The translations under genes and the position numbers were made by a program. The notes below the pieces were generated by a model. It was not told the DNA's origin. It saw only the letters and a list, made by a program, of their open reading frames with translations, and made no database searches. Source: Moniliella sp. 'wahieum' (taxonomy: Eukaryota). From it: a stretch of 64,000 nucleotides of DNA. Where the stretch lies: NCBI GenBank assembly GCA_003971905.1, contig RSEE01000004.1:806001-870000 (forward strand), in the 5' to 3' direction. Positions 50,173 to 63,383 of this stretch are shown in pieces. How positions within the stretch are numbered: position 1 is the first letter of the stretch; the number at the start of each line of letters is the position of its first letter.

Positions 50173-51818
50173 GGCTGAGCGCTGAGCGAGAGGCTCCCAA
50201 TGTTTTCATATATATCTACGAATCATTTCTCGCGCGCAGAGCCTATACTGTAAAATAACTTTTGTTTTCTGTGGTCCTCTCTTTTAATTCGTGGCATGAT
50301 GCATGAGAGGGCACGCACCTTTTTTTGATAGAACCGTCGTCACTTGTATCCGCAACAGCTCTTCGAGCTCGCCAGGCTCACCCCAACACACAAATGTAGT
50401 AATCACATATGTGTGGTCATCGCAACACAGATCATACGGCTTGAACGTTTGTTGGGGTTTTGGTCGAATATCTGTAGGCTCGGTTCCCGACGGCTATCCT
50501 TATTCTTCATTCGAATAGCAAGCTACATTCGAGACTTTCTCATCTGCGCCTGCATTTCCTCTCTACCCCCAAAGTATATATAGTACCTGTGGTCTTCTCT
50601 TTTTATCACTCTCTTCTGACCTTCGTTCGCGGTGAATATTATATGTTCTTCTTCAATTTTCTTCGTCTCTTCTTCCTTTTTTTGATACAATTCCGACATC
50701 GGTTTTTGAAGACATATGAAGCCACTGTGTCAGGAAATGGGGAGATGGAGGAAAGAGGGGCAGATGAATTCTTGGATACATGTATGGACGGAGTGGAGGT
50801 ATATTACGTGTACCTCCTATAAGGAATGGGGCACAGTTGAGAGAGGTGGAGATATGATCTCCCAACCGATAAGAATCACGCCATACAGGCCTAGTGTTGG
50901 CCCAAGGGCCCCTAGTACGGCGTGAGTTTGAAGACACACGGTCTTCTCACGACTGTACACTTTCGTCTTTTATGGCTCCCAAAAAGAGTTTCCATATATG
51001 GCCATATTAGCGGGAGAAGATGACCTCTTCCCCTCCCCGACCCCGTATCAACAGAGCGAAACATATTTTTTGGCTCCCACATAACTGGGCTTACCACACC
51101 GTCGGACATTCCTCCTTACACAACCACAACACAAAAGTAAGTATGACTACCACAACAACAAAGACCTGAAAGTGTCACATAATATTGATGACAGTCGACC
51201 ACGCGGATCATATAGAACCCTCTATTGTGTCTCTTTTCAGTCGCGCGTAGTGTCAAGCACTTCACAGGACCCAAACATGTGGCCGTTTTCGGATCGCATC
51301 ATATGTCGATCGTATGTACCAGGAGAGGAATAAAAAGAGATGGTTAAAATGACTTCATTCGCTCTCTGACTTGGACGGATTGAATATCGATTTGCTTAGT
51401 AGAGGCGCGCTACGCCAATGCTTTATAGGGGTAGGTGATAAACCAAAGACTATACACCAACAATTACAAAACTCATACACGCGCTTGGCAATCTGTACTG
51501 AATGGTTGCTACTTAGCCTTCCTTTCTTGGACCTGACAGACACTTTTTAGGAGAAGAATCCAATAGCATCAGGAAGTAGAACCAGTCTAGCACAACGGTA
51601 TAGAATCACCCAGAACGTTGGTCAATTGTGGTGTTCTCTTATGATTAAAAAGAAAAAAAAGAAGTAGAGAATTGAGAATGACTTTCCCATTTCTTGAAGA
51701 TCAACGTCAACAGATTGTTGTGCGTTGTTGAGATACTGAAGACAGGAAAGAGAGCTGCTCGGCCTCGAAAACCTCATATGGTTGCCGAAATCTTTAGACG
51801 ATCTGGCACGATAGTCGC

Positions 51819-52470
51819 TCAAGAGCAGTAAAGGTCAGAGGTGCTGGAATCAAACTGGCAACTGTGCCGTCGTAATCCGTAGAAAGGTTGATGTAGCCCC
51901 CATCGCCTTGACTGTTGAAGTGATTGTCAGGTCCCCACATGTAGAAGCAGTCGTAGCTGAGAACCAAACAGTTAGTCAGTTTATACACTTTTTGTCAGGT
52001 ATATGTTGCATGGGATGGGAAACGTTACTCTGTGTGGAGGGGGCCCTTGGAGAACTTGACAGATGTCTTCGCTCATCTGATTGGTCCGGCTCACAACATA
52101 AGCCATGTTGTAGCACACAGCCGCCGTCGCCTGCGACGGGCGGGAGTTCCACATGTTTGCCGTCGTCTGCTTGGTAAAGTTCTCGCGTGCCTGAATACCA
52201 AAAGGGAATATCGGTCATCCATTCAACCAGTCAGTCACATGAACCCAACACAAAAAGGGCAACCGGGGTGGTGCATACCGAATCCCACTCGGAAATGTCA
52301 CCAATAACGCTAACTGCCTCGTTGACCGCTTTCGTTACCAGCGTACTTGCCGCCGTGGTCAAAATGGCCACCGCATATGGGTTTTGGCGAGCTTTCAGTT
52401 CCGGTGCCGGAGCAGCTGTAGCCAGGACAGCAGCCGAGGCGAAAGCAGCAAAGATCAGGGTGAACTTCAT
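51819..52470 (-). CDS. Small secreted protein, 3 exons (GDGGYIN-motif family)
   Basis: Signal peptide MKFTLIFAAFASAAVLA; spliced product ...EWDS|ARENFTKQTTANMW...AVCYN...|YDCFYMWGPDNHFNSQGDGGYINL...CQFDSSTSDLYCS*. Introns 52278->52191 and ~52028->51958; needs two single-base frameshift corrections. Confidence 0.75.
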
Positions 52471-53538
52471 GTTGGCAGCGATAAAAATAAGCGGGAAATG
52501 GAAAGAAGAGAGGCGAGTGAAGTGTGAGAGGGAAATGGAAAGAAGAGCGAGTGAAGTGTGTCGGCAGAGACGAAGAAGGGGTGCTTTGAATAGAGGCGAT
52601 GGCATATCCCTCAACCCCCACTTTTTATATGCATCTCAAGGAGTAGGTCGGTGCGGTGGGTTCAATCACTTGCAACCATGGATGGAAGTCGGTATCGTTG
52701 TTTTCCACATTCCGGTAGTTGTTGGCCCCACACGTACACAAGAAATGGAAATATCCTCACGCACACACATTTGTTCTAACATGATTGGGCTCTGACTCAT
52801 CCGCTGCCAGCCTCCATCTCAACATGTTTTCGGATCATGGTAGCCAAAACATTATCGGTACCGCATTCCAAAGAAGGTGGTGCAAGCCCTTGCACGCCCT
52901 TTCACCGCAGCAATCCCCTGTTGGGCGTGTGAGCCATCGTTTGCTAACCACAAAAACAAGAGTATATGACGTCGAATTTGTGTTGCTGGGCCAAAAAGTG
53001 AAGCAGATGAATTGTCGGAAGCGAACGTGGCCACCAACTCTGGCACCTGTGAACTTGGGGACGGGGTGACGGCCAAAAATTCAAGAAGGCTACGTGGGCT
53101 GTGATCTCTGATCGATCGGAATTGAGGCCTAAGGTAAAGTGGAGCGCAAAAGATAGAAAAGAAAGACAATATAATGGACAGCTTTTTAGGCGCCTGTGTA
53201 CCCCTTCTCAGAATGCTATAATGCCTGTGTTCTCCACAGAAGTGATGCAGATGCATGATGAGAGACACGCGGCCGCGGATCGGACCCAAACCCCAAACCA
53301 TAAGGTACGATGGTTCCTAGTACTTCAACCCGGTTCAACGTCTTCAACCCCACAGTCGTTCACCGTTCACACGTATCTCTCGCAAGACGTCCCCAGTATT
53401 ATTTCAGTGTATTGTGGGACTGAGAGAGTACTCGCTGAGTACGGAACTGAGTATTACTGAGAGGGTACCCCATACAAAGAAGGTTAGATCTTAGACAGAG
53501 GCAATCTGTGATCCATTAGCACGCGTGTTAGGAAGTGG

Positions 53539-53573
53539 TGTAACATGTAAAGCTTAAAGCTTGAAGCTTGAAG
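53539..53573. repeat. TNA + palindrome heptamer array
   Basis: tgTAAcatgTAAagctTAAagctTGAagctTGAag. Confidence 0.9.
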
Positions 53574-53936
53574 TGTGGTGGAGCAAAGTGGAGCAGTGGA
53601 GCGTATGTTTTGCTTATAATAGCAAGGGTGTGTCCCGCGTCTGTGCCTCGGTCGTGTTGTTATCGATTATCGTTGTCTATCTCCGATCTGCCCACGTGAA
53701 ATGATGCGCATCCACTGCAGCGACCACAAGACAGCGGAACCGACAATTGGAGTGGAGCCCGGGAGGCTAGTCGGACCGATGATTTTTAACGATGAACATA
53801 ACGCGATATCTACTACTCAAGCGCATTGCAAAAGTGAAGGGCCATATTCCGCAATAATTTTGGTCCCGACACTGCCCCATTGCGATGAAATGCCTGGTGA
53901 GACGTTGCAGCGCAGGTAGGGTTGAAAGAGTCGGTC

Positions 53937-53946
53937 TATATATAAG
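53937..53946 (+). promoter_or_regulatory. TATA box upstream of U2 snRNA
   Basis: TATATATAAG about 40 nt upstream of the U2 5' end. Confidence 0.6.
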
Positions 53947-53982
53947 GAGTTGGCCGGGAGGCATCTCAATATCTTTTTCCCA

Positions 53983-54173
53983 ACTCCTCTGGCCTTCTGG
54001 CTTAGATCAAGTGTAGTATCTGTTCTTATTCAGTTTGACAACTGTTACGCTGGGCACTGCCCAGCTGTACTTGTCATTCCACTCTTTGTGATTTCGGCTT
54101 CCATCGCCTGTGCTTGCACATGAGGTTCACGAGTGCCGCTTCTCTTACACTCTGGTTGCTAGCGCTCACCACA
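53983..54173 (+). ncRNA. U2: U2 spliceosomal snRNA
   Basis: GGCCTTCTGGCTTAGATCAAGTGTAGTATCTGTTCTT (stem I and branch-point-recognition GTAGTA); stem IIa CAGT/ACTG with downstream complement TTGTCA; stem IIb GCTGGGC/GCCCAGC; 3' hairpins. Confidence 0.93.
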
Positions 54174-54689
54174 ATCTTTTCCTCTTCATCATGCTCCTCG
54201 GGCTGGTCGTTTCTATGAGTTACTTTTTCTTGTTGCCCACGTTCTTTTGTGATAGTAGATCTAGCTTCGTACGTGCGTGGTTGGCATTCTCTTATTCATC
54301 ACAGCCGCTCCACGGGTCTCAGTTGGTATGTCGCCAGGGCAATCCCCTTCGTTGCCACCGGTGCTTGTGCATCGGCCTATTCTTCCGGTTGTTGGGAGGA
54401 TCGTCCCTTATTCACCCCGAGTCATTTGGCCCTCTTTATGGGCCTATGCGTTCTATTAGCAACATGCTCACCTATAATATCAGCAGCCGTTATGCATTCC
54501 ATTCCGAACCGTTAGGGACATGGCGCACCCGTCCTCCCTCTAAAGACCCGTATTAGGTGCATCAGGCTTGAGGTGAAGGTGTAACAGGTCAATGGTAAAA
54601 ATGCACGCCTTAGCGGCACAAAGAATGGGTTTTCACAGTTGAAGAAGCTTTGTTGAGCGAAATGTACCAAGGTGGTGTCCTTCAAAGCC

Positions 54690-55801
54690 TTACAATGCAA
54701 GGTCCACCACCACAGCCCGGTGATCCGAGTTGTACACTCCATCATCAAAACGGTTGGGAAGGACTGCATATCCCTCTACTTGCCACGGTCCAGCGGAGCC
54801 GTCTTGAGAAGATGCAATCCCCTTTTCATCGTCCTTGGCCCCGCCCGACATCAAACTGCGCGACGTTGCACGCGGGCCAGCGAGAACATAATCAATCCGA
54901 CTATGCTCGTCCTGAGAGGAAAGCCAGTAAAGGTATCCGTGTTGCCATACCGCTCGTGCGAAGGGACGAGGCCATACACATCCACTAGGGGCGAGTGTGG
55001 ATTGGTGAGCGTCTGGTATGCCTCTTGATGGGCTTGACTATTCAGATCTCCAGAAAGAACCACAGCATCGACTTGGCCCGAGTAAACCGGCTTGCTCAAT
55101 GTAGGGATCATCTTTACCAGCTCGGGATCACGCACTTTGTCTTCCGGCAAGTATTTGGCGATTGTGGCCAAGATAATTTTGGCGCCCTTCTCCCGCGCAT
55201 AGAGCCACGGTCATCGAGATGGGTGTTCAGCGCCAGTATCGTCTTGCCCGTCGCGCGATGATGCAGGACGGCTACAGTCAGGATGCGTACACTTCCGGCG
55301 TCCCACCCCTTACTCGGAATCTTGGGCGTCGGGCTGAGCCAAACCGTCTCGTATCCTTTGAGTTCGTACACAGAAGGGCGGTAAAAGATGGGCGAGTACT
55401 CGCCACGGCGGTGCCCATCGTCCCGGCCCACTCCTACATATGCCCATTCCGGCTCTGCATCCCCATGGGGAGAGAGTGGATTGAGGCCGGCCGTAAAGTC
55501 GACTAGTTGCATGTGCAGGACCTCTTGAGGCAGATAGAGCGGCAGAGCAGTCACGGGTATGATAGCGAGCCTCGGCAATGCTTCGTGGCGCCCGCACTGG
55601 CCATATCTCCTCGCCAGTAAAGGGCGCCGCGGTAGCGTAGCGGATATTGTGCGTATACACGCGCACCTTCAGCTGACTGGTGTGGCCGACAGTTGGTGCA
55701 GTGGACATTGCAGCCTTGATACGGAACCAGAGATTGAGCAAAAAGGAGATGTTCGCGAATACCAGACCAGACCAGCAGAGCACCAGCGAAACCGTTGGCA
55801 T
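54690..55801 (-). CDS. Endonuclease/exonuclease/phosphatase (EEP) family protein
   Basis: VYTHNIRY, QEVLH, YVGVGRDDG...GEYSPIFY, NTHLD, GDLNS, FTGF, SDHRAVVVDL*. Confidence 0.88.
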
Positions 55802-56270
55802 TGCCAGGGCAGAGAGCAAGGGGTGGTGGTGGTGGTGGTGGTGGGAGGGCACGTGCGGGCCAACACGAGTCTAGCTTTGCCGCTGGCTATACATGGGGCC
55901 TAGCGAGTGCCCCGCGCCTGGTGCCTATCGATGCCGCCACACCGGGTGGGGACCACGTAAGATGCGTTTTCGCTACGTAACTCGAGTTGACCCTGCAAGC
56001 TGCAACGACCAACATTCAATAGCAGCCACAGGCGACTGTGACGTCATCGATGGTCGGCCTGCGTCATGTGTCGCTTGGTGCCTGGGCGCCCCAACAATGA
56101 CCGCTTGCCTGCATCGTTCCACCTGCCCTGCGCCATTGGGTAAGCGGGGTACGAATATGAATATTTGAACAGGACCGCCGAGCTGCTCCGTCAGATCATT
56201 ACTCCAGGCAATCTCCTCCGCCGGCAGACAAACCTCTGCCTGCTGCCCATCTGTGCCTTGCCCGTGCGCC

Positions 56271-57745
56271 ATGCCACCGACGCGCCCGACCCATCCTCCA
56301 AGTCTGCGCCGGCCCTGACGCAGGGTGAGCTCGAAGACGCGCTTTTTGTCGCTGGCTGTTGAGGCACGTGCGCTGCTTGGCCTCGTTCCTTCCTCCTACA
56401 CCCCACGCGGCAAGATTGACGGCATCGACACTTTCGATGTTGACCGACGCAAAGTTACAGCCCATGGCATTGAGGACGCTGGCCTAGGAGACAAGAGCGA
56501 GACCACCCTGCTCACCGGTTTGCGGTATTGGGCACCGGTGTTCGCCTCTATCCTCCCTCGCTCTCGAATTTGCTCGGGTGGTTGCCGCCCATGCTCCCGC
56601 CGTCTTTGCCGGCGTTCCTGAAGCACTTTTCCCCGCGCATGGGCCAAATGGAACGACACTTCTTACCTCCTGTCCCGCATGGGTGACCGCAAGGTCAAGG
56701 TTGCTTTCACTCCCAATGGCCGCGCTGACGACATTGTCACCCTTCCTGCTGGCACCCAAGGGCCATCCACGGACAACAAGGTCTTCGCTCTGCCATACGA
56801 AGCCGAGCTGTCCGTATCCCATCCCTCTGTCCGCGTTGACCAAGGCATTTACTGACATTTCTTTTCCTACCCTCTTAGCACACATTTACAGAGCTTTTTG
56901 ATGCTCTGCACCCTCCGGATGGCTCAGATGGCCCGCTGCCTACTTGCAATCCCAAAACAACAATCTCTGCAGTCCCGACACTCCGAGGTGATTTTTCTCC
57001 TCTACTAGAGGACCTCCTAAGCACCTCTGTTGATCTCCCTTCTGGAACCCACCCAAGGGGGATGAATCTGACGGGGCTAGCACCTCCTCTGGTACGCTTC
57101 CCGGCGCACATGCTTCGCATTCTACCAATGGACCTCACTTGCTCGACGTGCCCTTGCGTCGGCAGTGTATGGCGTCCCACCCGAGGCAGTCACGTATGGT
57201 TTGGTACGACCACGAGCGCCAGTCGTTACACAAGGACCACTACGAAAACATCTTTGTCGTCATCAAGGGCATCAAAGTATTCACTCTTATTCCGCCTTGG
57301 GAAAACGCTTGGATCGAGGATGACAAAGTGTACCCCACTACCGTTGGGCGCAAGGATGGCCAAACGACGCGGCCCCACTCCGCCTCTGACTTGCATCTGG
57401 TCCAGACTGATGGCTCGACCCCTTGGCTCACGGTGGATCCCACTCTTCCTCCTACCTCGGGTAGGAACCGAGGCGAAAAGAGATATGCACGTGGCCAACG
57501 CACCCCCACTCATCCCTCCCATTAGGGGTGGTTCGAGCTGGAGAGACACTTTACCTCCTGCTGGGTGGTACCACCACGTATCTCAAGCGGAAGATGTGTC
57601 GCCCAACCCAAGGAGACAGCCGTGATCGGGCTCACAACTTTTGGTACGATGTACCTCTCAATGATCGCTGGGCCTGGACCAACTTTGCTACTGCCTTGCG
57701 CAGCAAGCCGACGGTACGCACAACCCGGACATGGACGAAGCCTGA
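56271..57745 (+). CDS. JmjC/cupin-8 dioxygenase (JMJD7-like)
   Basis: VAFTPNGRAD, YLQSQNNNL, SLHKDHYENIFVVIKGIKVFTLIPP (HxD), VRAGETLYL.PAGWYHHV (distal His), NFWYD; frameshifted. Confidence 0.85.
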
Positions 57746-58419
57746 GCCCATTACCACTTATTTCAGTCCAGGATGATGGATATAACCTTGCCGTCCTCTC
57801 GCTATGCAGATATAATTCGGTATTTAGATTGGCCATGACGGTCATGCCACGCCAGGTTCGTACATCATCTGCACCACCTGCCTGGCTGGAGACAACTTAG
57901 CCCTTGATGGGAGGAGAAAGGACAAAATGGGCGAATCCTCCGACGGACAAAAAGATGAAGAAGACACCGCCTCTCCTTGCCCGGGACAACGGCGGGCCCA
58001 AAATGGACCTCGTTCCCGAGGCAACGGCGAATTCATCGAATCAACGGGGAATGTAGTAGCCTAGTATGTAGTAGTATACTTGGAAAATCGAATCTTGAGA
58101 TGGGATATTGATACAAAGTTCGTGTCCACAAAACAAATTCCAAATAAAGCCAATGCGTCACTCGGCCCAGCGGGCCCCAAGGTGGCAATCCTGCAAAAGT
58201 GGCCATCGCACCGAACACCACCACACCGCAAGCCATCGCCCGCTCTCGGGAGCGAAACCCCGCTTTTTCTTGCGGGGGAAGTGACGAAACAGGCATTATC
58301 GCATTCACAGAGGTATCCTCTTCGCACTCATCTTCGTAGCTGCTTCTCTTGCGCTTGCCATGATCGCTGTGCTGGGCATGACCAACGTACAGTCCCCGCC
58401 TCCATTCTCGCCTCCATGC

Positions 58420-60125
58420 TCAACACTGTCGGCGAGCGCATCCGTCCAGTTGTGTCCCCAAGATGGTCAGTAGACGCAGAAGCCGTCGAGGACAAGGCCG
58501 CTCGCGGCCTGATGTATGCAGAGGTAACATGGAGCGAGGAAGGATATAGAAGCTGATTGAGGGGTGCCGGGGGCGAAATCGCTTTCTCTTGGCTGCCATT
58601 GGTGCTGCTGCCGTTGGGTGCAACTAGCGTTTCATCCCCATCGCCAGCTTCAACCTGGTCCTCATCCCTTCATCGTCCTCATGACCATTTGCTGGTGGTG
58701 CAGGTTGGTTCGGATCAGGAGACACAAAGGGTACTTGGAGGGGCAAGTCCGATGACGGCGAAGGCAACAAGGAGAGAAACCCATATTTTCTTCGGCGGCT
58801 GGAGCCGGGAGAAGGATAGAGGAAGCCGCGGTGTTAAATGCTCCCTGGTCACTCGTCGCGTCGACCCAGAAGACCTGTGAGCCAAAATTAGTACTTTGAT
58901 CCTTTGCGCGGCACAACAACAGGGGACATACCGCTGCACTCATATTGCGGTGTAATGTGTTGATGCTGCGGCCTCTCTGGTGCCGGCCGAGGGAGATCAC
59001 CGTCGACTCTGGTTTACGCCAGTCAGATTTCTCGTAGCGGCTTCAAGCAATGGAGGTTGACGTCCCGCTGGCAGTCCGCGAATCGAGTGGACCAACGTCC
59101 CATGGGTCGAACCTAGGTCTTGGACCCTCATTCGTCCGTTGGGATCTAACGCGAGAAAGATGCTCGCATGGTCAGCTGATACAACGCGCGACGTTGCCGC
59201 AGCTGACTGGGCCGTCCAAGAGAAATGTGCGAGAGTGGTCCAGCATTGATCGAGACTGTCACACATTTCCCTGCGAAAGGTGTCTGAACCTGAGGCTTCC
59301 ATAACCTCAAAGGTCGCCGTGGGCGAAGATTGCGTGGTACCACGGTGGCATAAAAGGGCTAGGTGAACCGTGATCCCATTGCGTCCAACCTGGACACGCG
59401 CCAGAGTTGCAGTCCTCATAGAGATCCAAGGGTCGAGTCCAGTGGCCGAGGGAAGTTGGAAGCGCAGCTCCTCGACTTGACTCGCCTGCTCCTTCCCCGG
59501 CCCGAGTCCGTCCGAAGGGGAAACGATCTGCCAGTGTGGATGCTTGACATGCATGTCCGCATCCAAGCAAAAGGCAGGGTGGTACCATGCGTGCAACAGG
59601 GTGGGGTTGCCCCGTTGGGGCAGTGCCGGTCTGGAGCTTTGAGCCTGGACCACGTCCCCTTTCGTATCCAATCCACCATCCCAGAAACGCAGGACCAGCT
59701 GGGGGCCGTTGGCCACAACAGCCTCATATTTGTGCCTTGACCAAGCCCACTGCAGAAGTCCGTCCATTTGTTCCAGATCCACTCGGGTCGGCACGGGGGG
59801 CAGCCAAAGCGCCCAAGGCCATAGGGGCCCAAAGAGGTGGAAAGGAGCGGTTCATGGCACTGTTTCCTTGAATAGGCGTCCAGTCCACATCGGCTCATCG
59901 AGAAAACAATGAAAGTGGAGGCGGGATCTTCAATGATGCACCATCTTGGGGGAGGTGACGCATGGACGGGTACATGGGATTGCTAGGAGGAGAGTGCGAG
60001 GACCGTGGGGGAGGCATCGGCGAGAACCGGGATGGCACAGCAGCGGAGGAGGAGGAAAGGCATTGATCGGCGTTCAAGTATTGGGCTGCCGAGGAGACGG
60101 TAGAGGTGGAGGGATTGGTGCTCAA
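58420..60125 (-). CDS. FHA-domain protein (boundaries uncertain)
   Basis: SRVVSADHASI...VQDLGSTHGT matches FHA core motifs; ORFs 58997-59794 and neighbours. Confidence 0.6.
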
Positions 60126-60765
60126 GCTTATGTGCTGAAGGACGTAGGTGGTGGTGGGGAGCTGACAGTCCGCGGCAACGATAGCACCTCCCTCACCTTA
60201 AATAGGCCGCACCTCCTCCCAGGACGCTGCGGTCTGCTGCTGCCGTGGCGGGCAGCACGCGGGCAGTGCGCAGCCTGGATGCGGATGGATGAGCACAGTG
60301 CGGCGGTGCTGCTGCGTGGTTAAATGACGGGCGGCCTGGGCGGCCTGGTGGCCCTAGCCCTAGCGCCCAGCGCAGCGCCAGACGACGGACAACCGATGAG
60401 CAGTGACCGGTGACCTGCCCCGGTCAGTGTGCTGTGCCCACTGGGGCGCTGTGCCGGGGTGGCTTGACCGCCAGTGCAATCACAGCACGCTCACGCAGAC
60501 CCCCATCGGCATATCAATGTCACCGCCACTATCGCCACCGCCCCCCTCGTGCCCCAACTGCCCCTGCCCCACACCCCCTTCTCTGTGCAAGCGGCTGCGT
60601 CAGATGCGTGTATATACATTCCGAGCGAGCTCCATCCAATAGCAGGCAATCTCTTCCTGGGTGCAGCCACACAGGAGCACCATCGCCCAGCTGGAGCCCC
60701 AGGCCGCAATTCATCCCCGTCGCCCCCCACTCTATACGCTTGAGCCGAGGGGTAGCCGGTCCCCA

Positions 60766-63383
60766 TCACGCCATTCCCTGCGCTCCTTCCCGCCCTGCCT
60801 TGCCCCGGCCCCGGCTCCCACTGCCAGCAGGCGCATCCGCACGGGGCAGGGGAGGGACCGCAGCATACAGTGACGCCGCAGCAGGCTCGACCCCAGCAAC
60901 GTGCGGGGCGGCCATCGGGTGGCCTTGATCCCTAACGGCGGGGATGGCGGCCGCGACCTCTTCCTCTTCCTCCTCTTCCTCCTCCCCCTCTCCATCCTCC
61001 TCCAAGTTGGGCTTGCGGTGGAACTTGTACACGTGCTGGCTGAGCGCATGACGCGTCGGACCAGCGTAGTCGTTGCATATAGTGCACTCGTACGGCCGCG
61101 GTCCCGCATGAATCCGCATGTGCCAGGCAAGGGCGGGAGGAGAGCGAACGACGCGGCCGCAAATGGAGCAGTGATGCCTTCACCCTTCTTGCCCTTAGTA
61201 CCAGGCTTCGATGCGGGGCGAGAGCTAGCAGTAGAGCGGGCCCGCTTCGCCTGTCCCCCCCCAACCGAGCTGCCTGGGCCGAGTTCTTCATAGCCGCATG
61301 TGGGGCTGCAAAGCCAGTGGATGCCTTTCCCTTTGCAGAGGGAAGAGCGTCTGAGTCCGTGGCAGATTTGCGCCGCGCCTTGGAGTTCTCCTCGCGATGA
61401 TGCTTGTAGATGTGTTGGTGAAGAGCATGACGGGTGGGGCCTGCATACTCTGAGCAGAGTACACTGGAACGGCCGAGGCCCTTCATGAGTGCGGATGTGC
61501 CAAGCTAAGGCTGGAGGTGAGGTGAGCGAACACTTCGCCCACACACGGGGCATGTCAAGGCCGAGCTTCCCTGCGCATCGCCACCAACACGCTTCGCACT
61601 CGCGCCAGGCGGTTTTCCCTGGGCACCGGAACCATTGAGGCCAGTAGGAAGGCTACCTACCCCGTTCCCAGCCACCGCTTGCATACCCGTAGCGTGGGCA
61701 GACCCCGTGGTAGCCATAGGTGCAAAGGAGGACTCATCTTGCTCATCGGCACGAAGACGGGATCGCTTCTTTCCCCGGGGGGCTGCTGAGCTCCCCGTTT
61801 GGACTTTGCACCTTGAGAATTGGTAGCTGGAGCGTTCGGATCCGAAGCTGCATTCTCCATTGGGTGACGAACGTCAGGGGGCAAATGAGAGCCGGTTTGG
61901 GGAAGCCAGGGTACTCCGGATTTTCACCAGGCGCAGTACCCTTGTATCGACCCGCATCTGATGGGCGAGGGGTTGCCTGGTTCAACCCCGAACGCTTGGA
62001 CCGCGACGCTTTCGATATAGATTTGGGGTTGACCGACATTACGCCGGGACTGATTGAAGTAACGGGGGCCGACGGGTCTGTTCCGCCGACAGAGGCAGAA
62101 TGGTGGTGGGCCGAGTAATACGGAGAAGACTGGACCGAAGACCCTGACTTTGACGCCGACGAGGCATGCTGAGCTTGCGCTTGTAGCATGGACACGCCCG
62201 ATGGTAACCCCGACGCAGAGGACGAAGGCAGGATGCCCGATCCCGCCAGCGTAGCCGCCGGAGGCAAGCTAGGAACCGTGACCGGAAGAGGGCTGGTTCC
62301 AGGAAAAGGAGACACCTCATTGGATCCCACAGCAGAGGCAACGCTAGCGCGGGCCTGGGTGCGCCTGCGCCCACTGGGCCGTGAGGGTCGCCGCGATGAA
62401 GCGGGAACAGCAGTAGGAGGAAGATTAGATTCCGGTTCCACGCCACTAAGACCCGAGGAGGCAGGGGAGCCTGGAGTCCAATATTGGCCGAAGCAGCCAG
62501 CCCGACAGGGGACATTGCCGCATGAGTTGGAGTCATGTTGGGGTGATGATGGGGCCCGGGGTTGGAGAGCATGTGGGGGGATGGGGCGTACATATGTTGC
62601 CCGTATTGGCCAAACTGGGAAGATACTGTGGCTGCACGACCTCGGTTTGGATCTGTGCCTGCATCTGTGCTTGCACCTGGGCCTGGGCTTGTGCCTGAGC
62701 TTGGGCTTGAGCTTGGGCCTCCGCCTGGGCTTGAGCTTGAGCTTGAGCTTGGGCCTGGGCGTGCGCCTGGGCGTCAACTTGTGCTTGAGCTGGGTGCTGC
62801 GCATAATGTTGCTGGTACTGCATATGCGACGGGGTATACTGATCGTACGGTGAAGATTGCGTATACTGGGGTGAAGGGCCTGGAGCAGGAGGCGGAGGTA
62901 GAGGATGAGGCTGCGCTTGTGATCCATGTATCTGGGGAGGAGGGAGAGCAGGGGATGCAGTCGGAGGGGTGACCAGCCCCATGAACGATCGGGATAGAAT
63001 CGCTTGGATCTCGAGTCCTCCTCCAAGTTCTGGAAGGTCAGCATAGGATCCGGGAGGCCCATGTATCCGCCCTGCGTACGAGACGAAGGATCGTTACGCA
63101 CTACACGCCCGTCGTACCCGCGCATCTCACTCATGCCAGGATGGAAGCCGGAAGGATGAGAAGCGTGCTGAGAGGGATGCGATAGAGCGTGCTGAGCCAG
63201 TGACGAGGCACCGGGGCCGCCCGTCTGAGCTTGGGACAAAGCGGAGTAGTTATGCGGCACGGTAGACGCGCCGGCAGCGGTGGCAACCCCGTGGGTGTAG
63301 CCGTGTGCAGGCGGCACACCGCCTGCTGGCCATCGAGGGGGCGGGGGCGCGTGCATAGGGGGCGGTGGGGAAGACGCGGTCAT
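60766..63383 (-). CDS. C2H2 zinc-finger transcription factor with Gln-Ala repeat
   Basis: CPVC...LAWHIRTHEGPRPFQCTLC...HALHQHIYKHH and a second pair ...HMRIHAGPRPYECTIC...LSQHVYKFH; (AQ)n tract at ~62650-62780; Pro/Ser-rich N-terminus. Confidence 0.85.

Noticed and set aside
62650..62780. Long 6-bp-periodic repeat
   Set aside because: Ordinary coding (Ala-Gln)n tract of a transcription factor.
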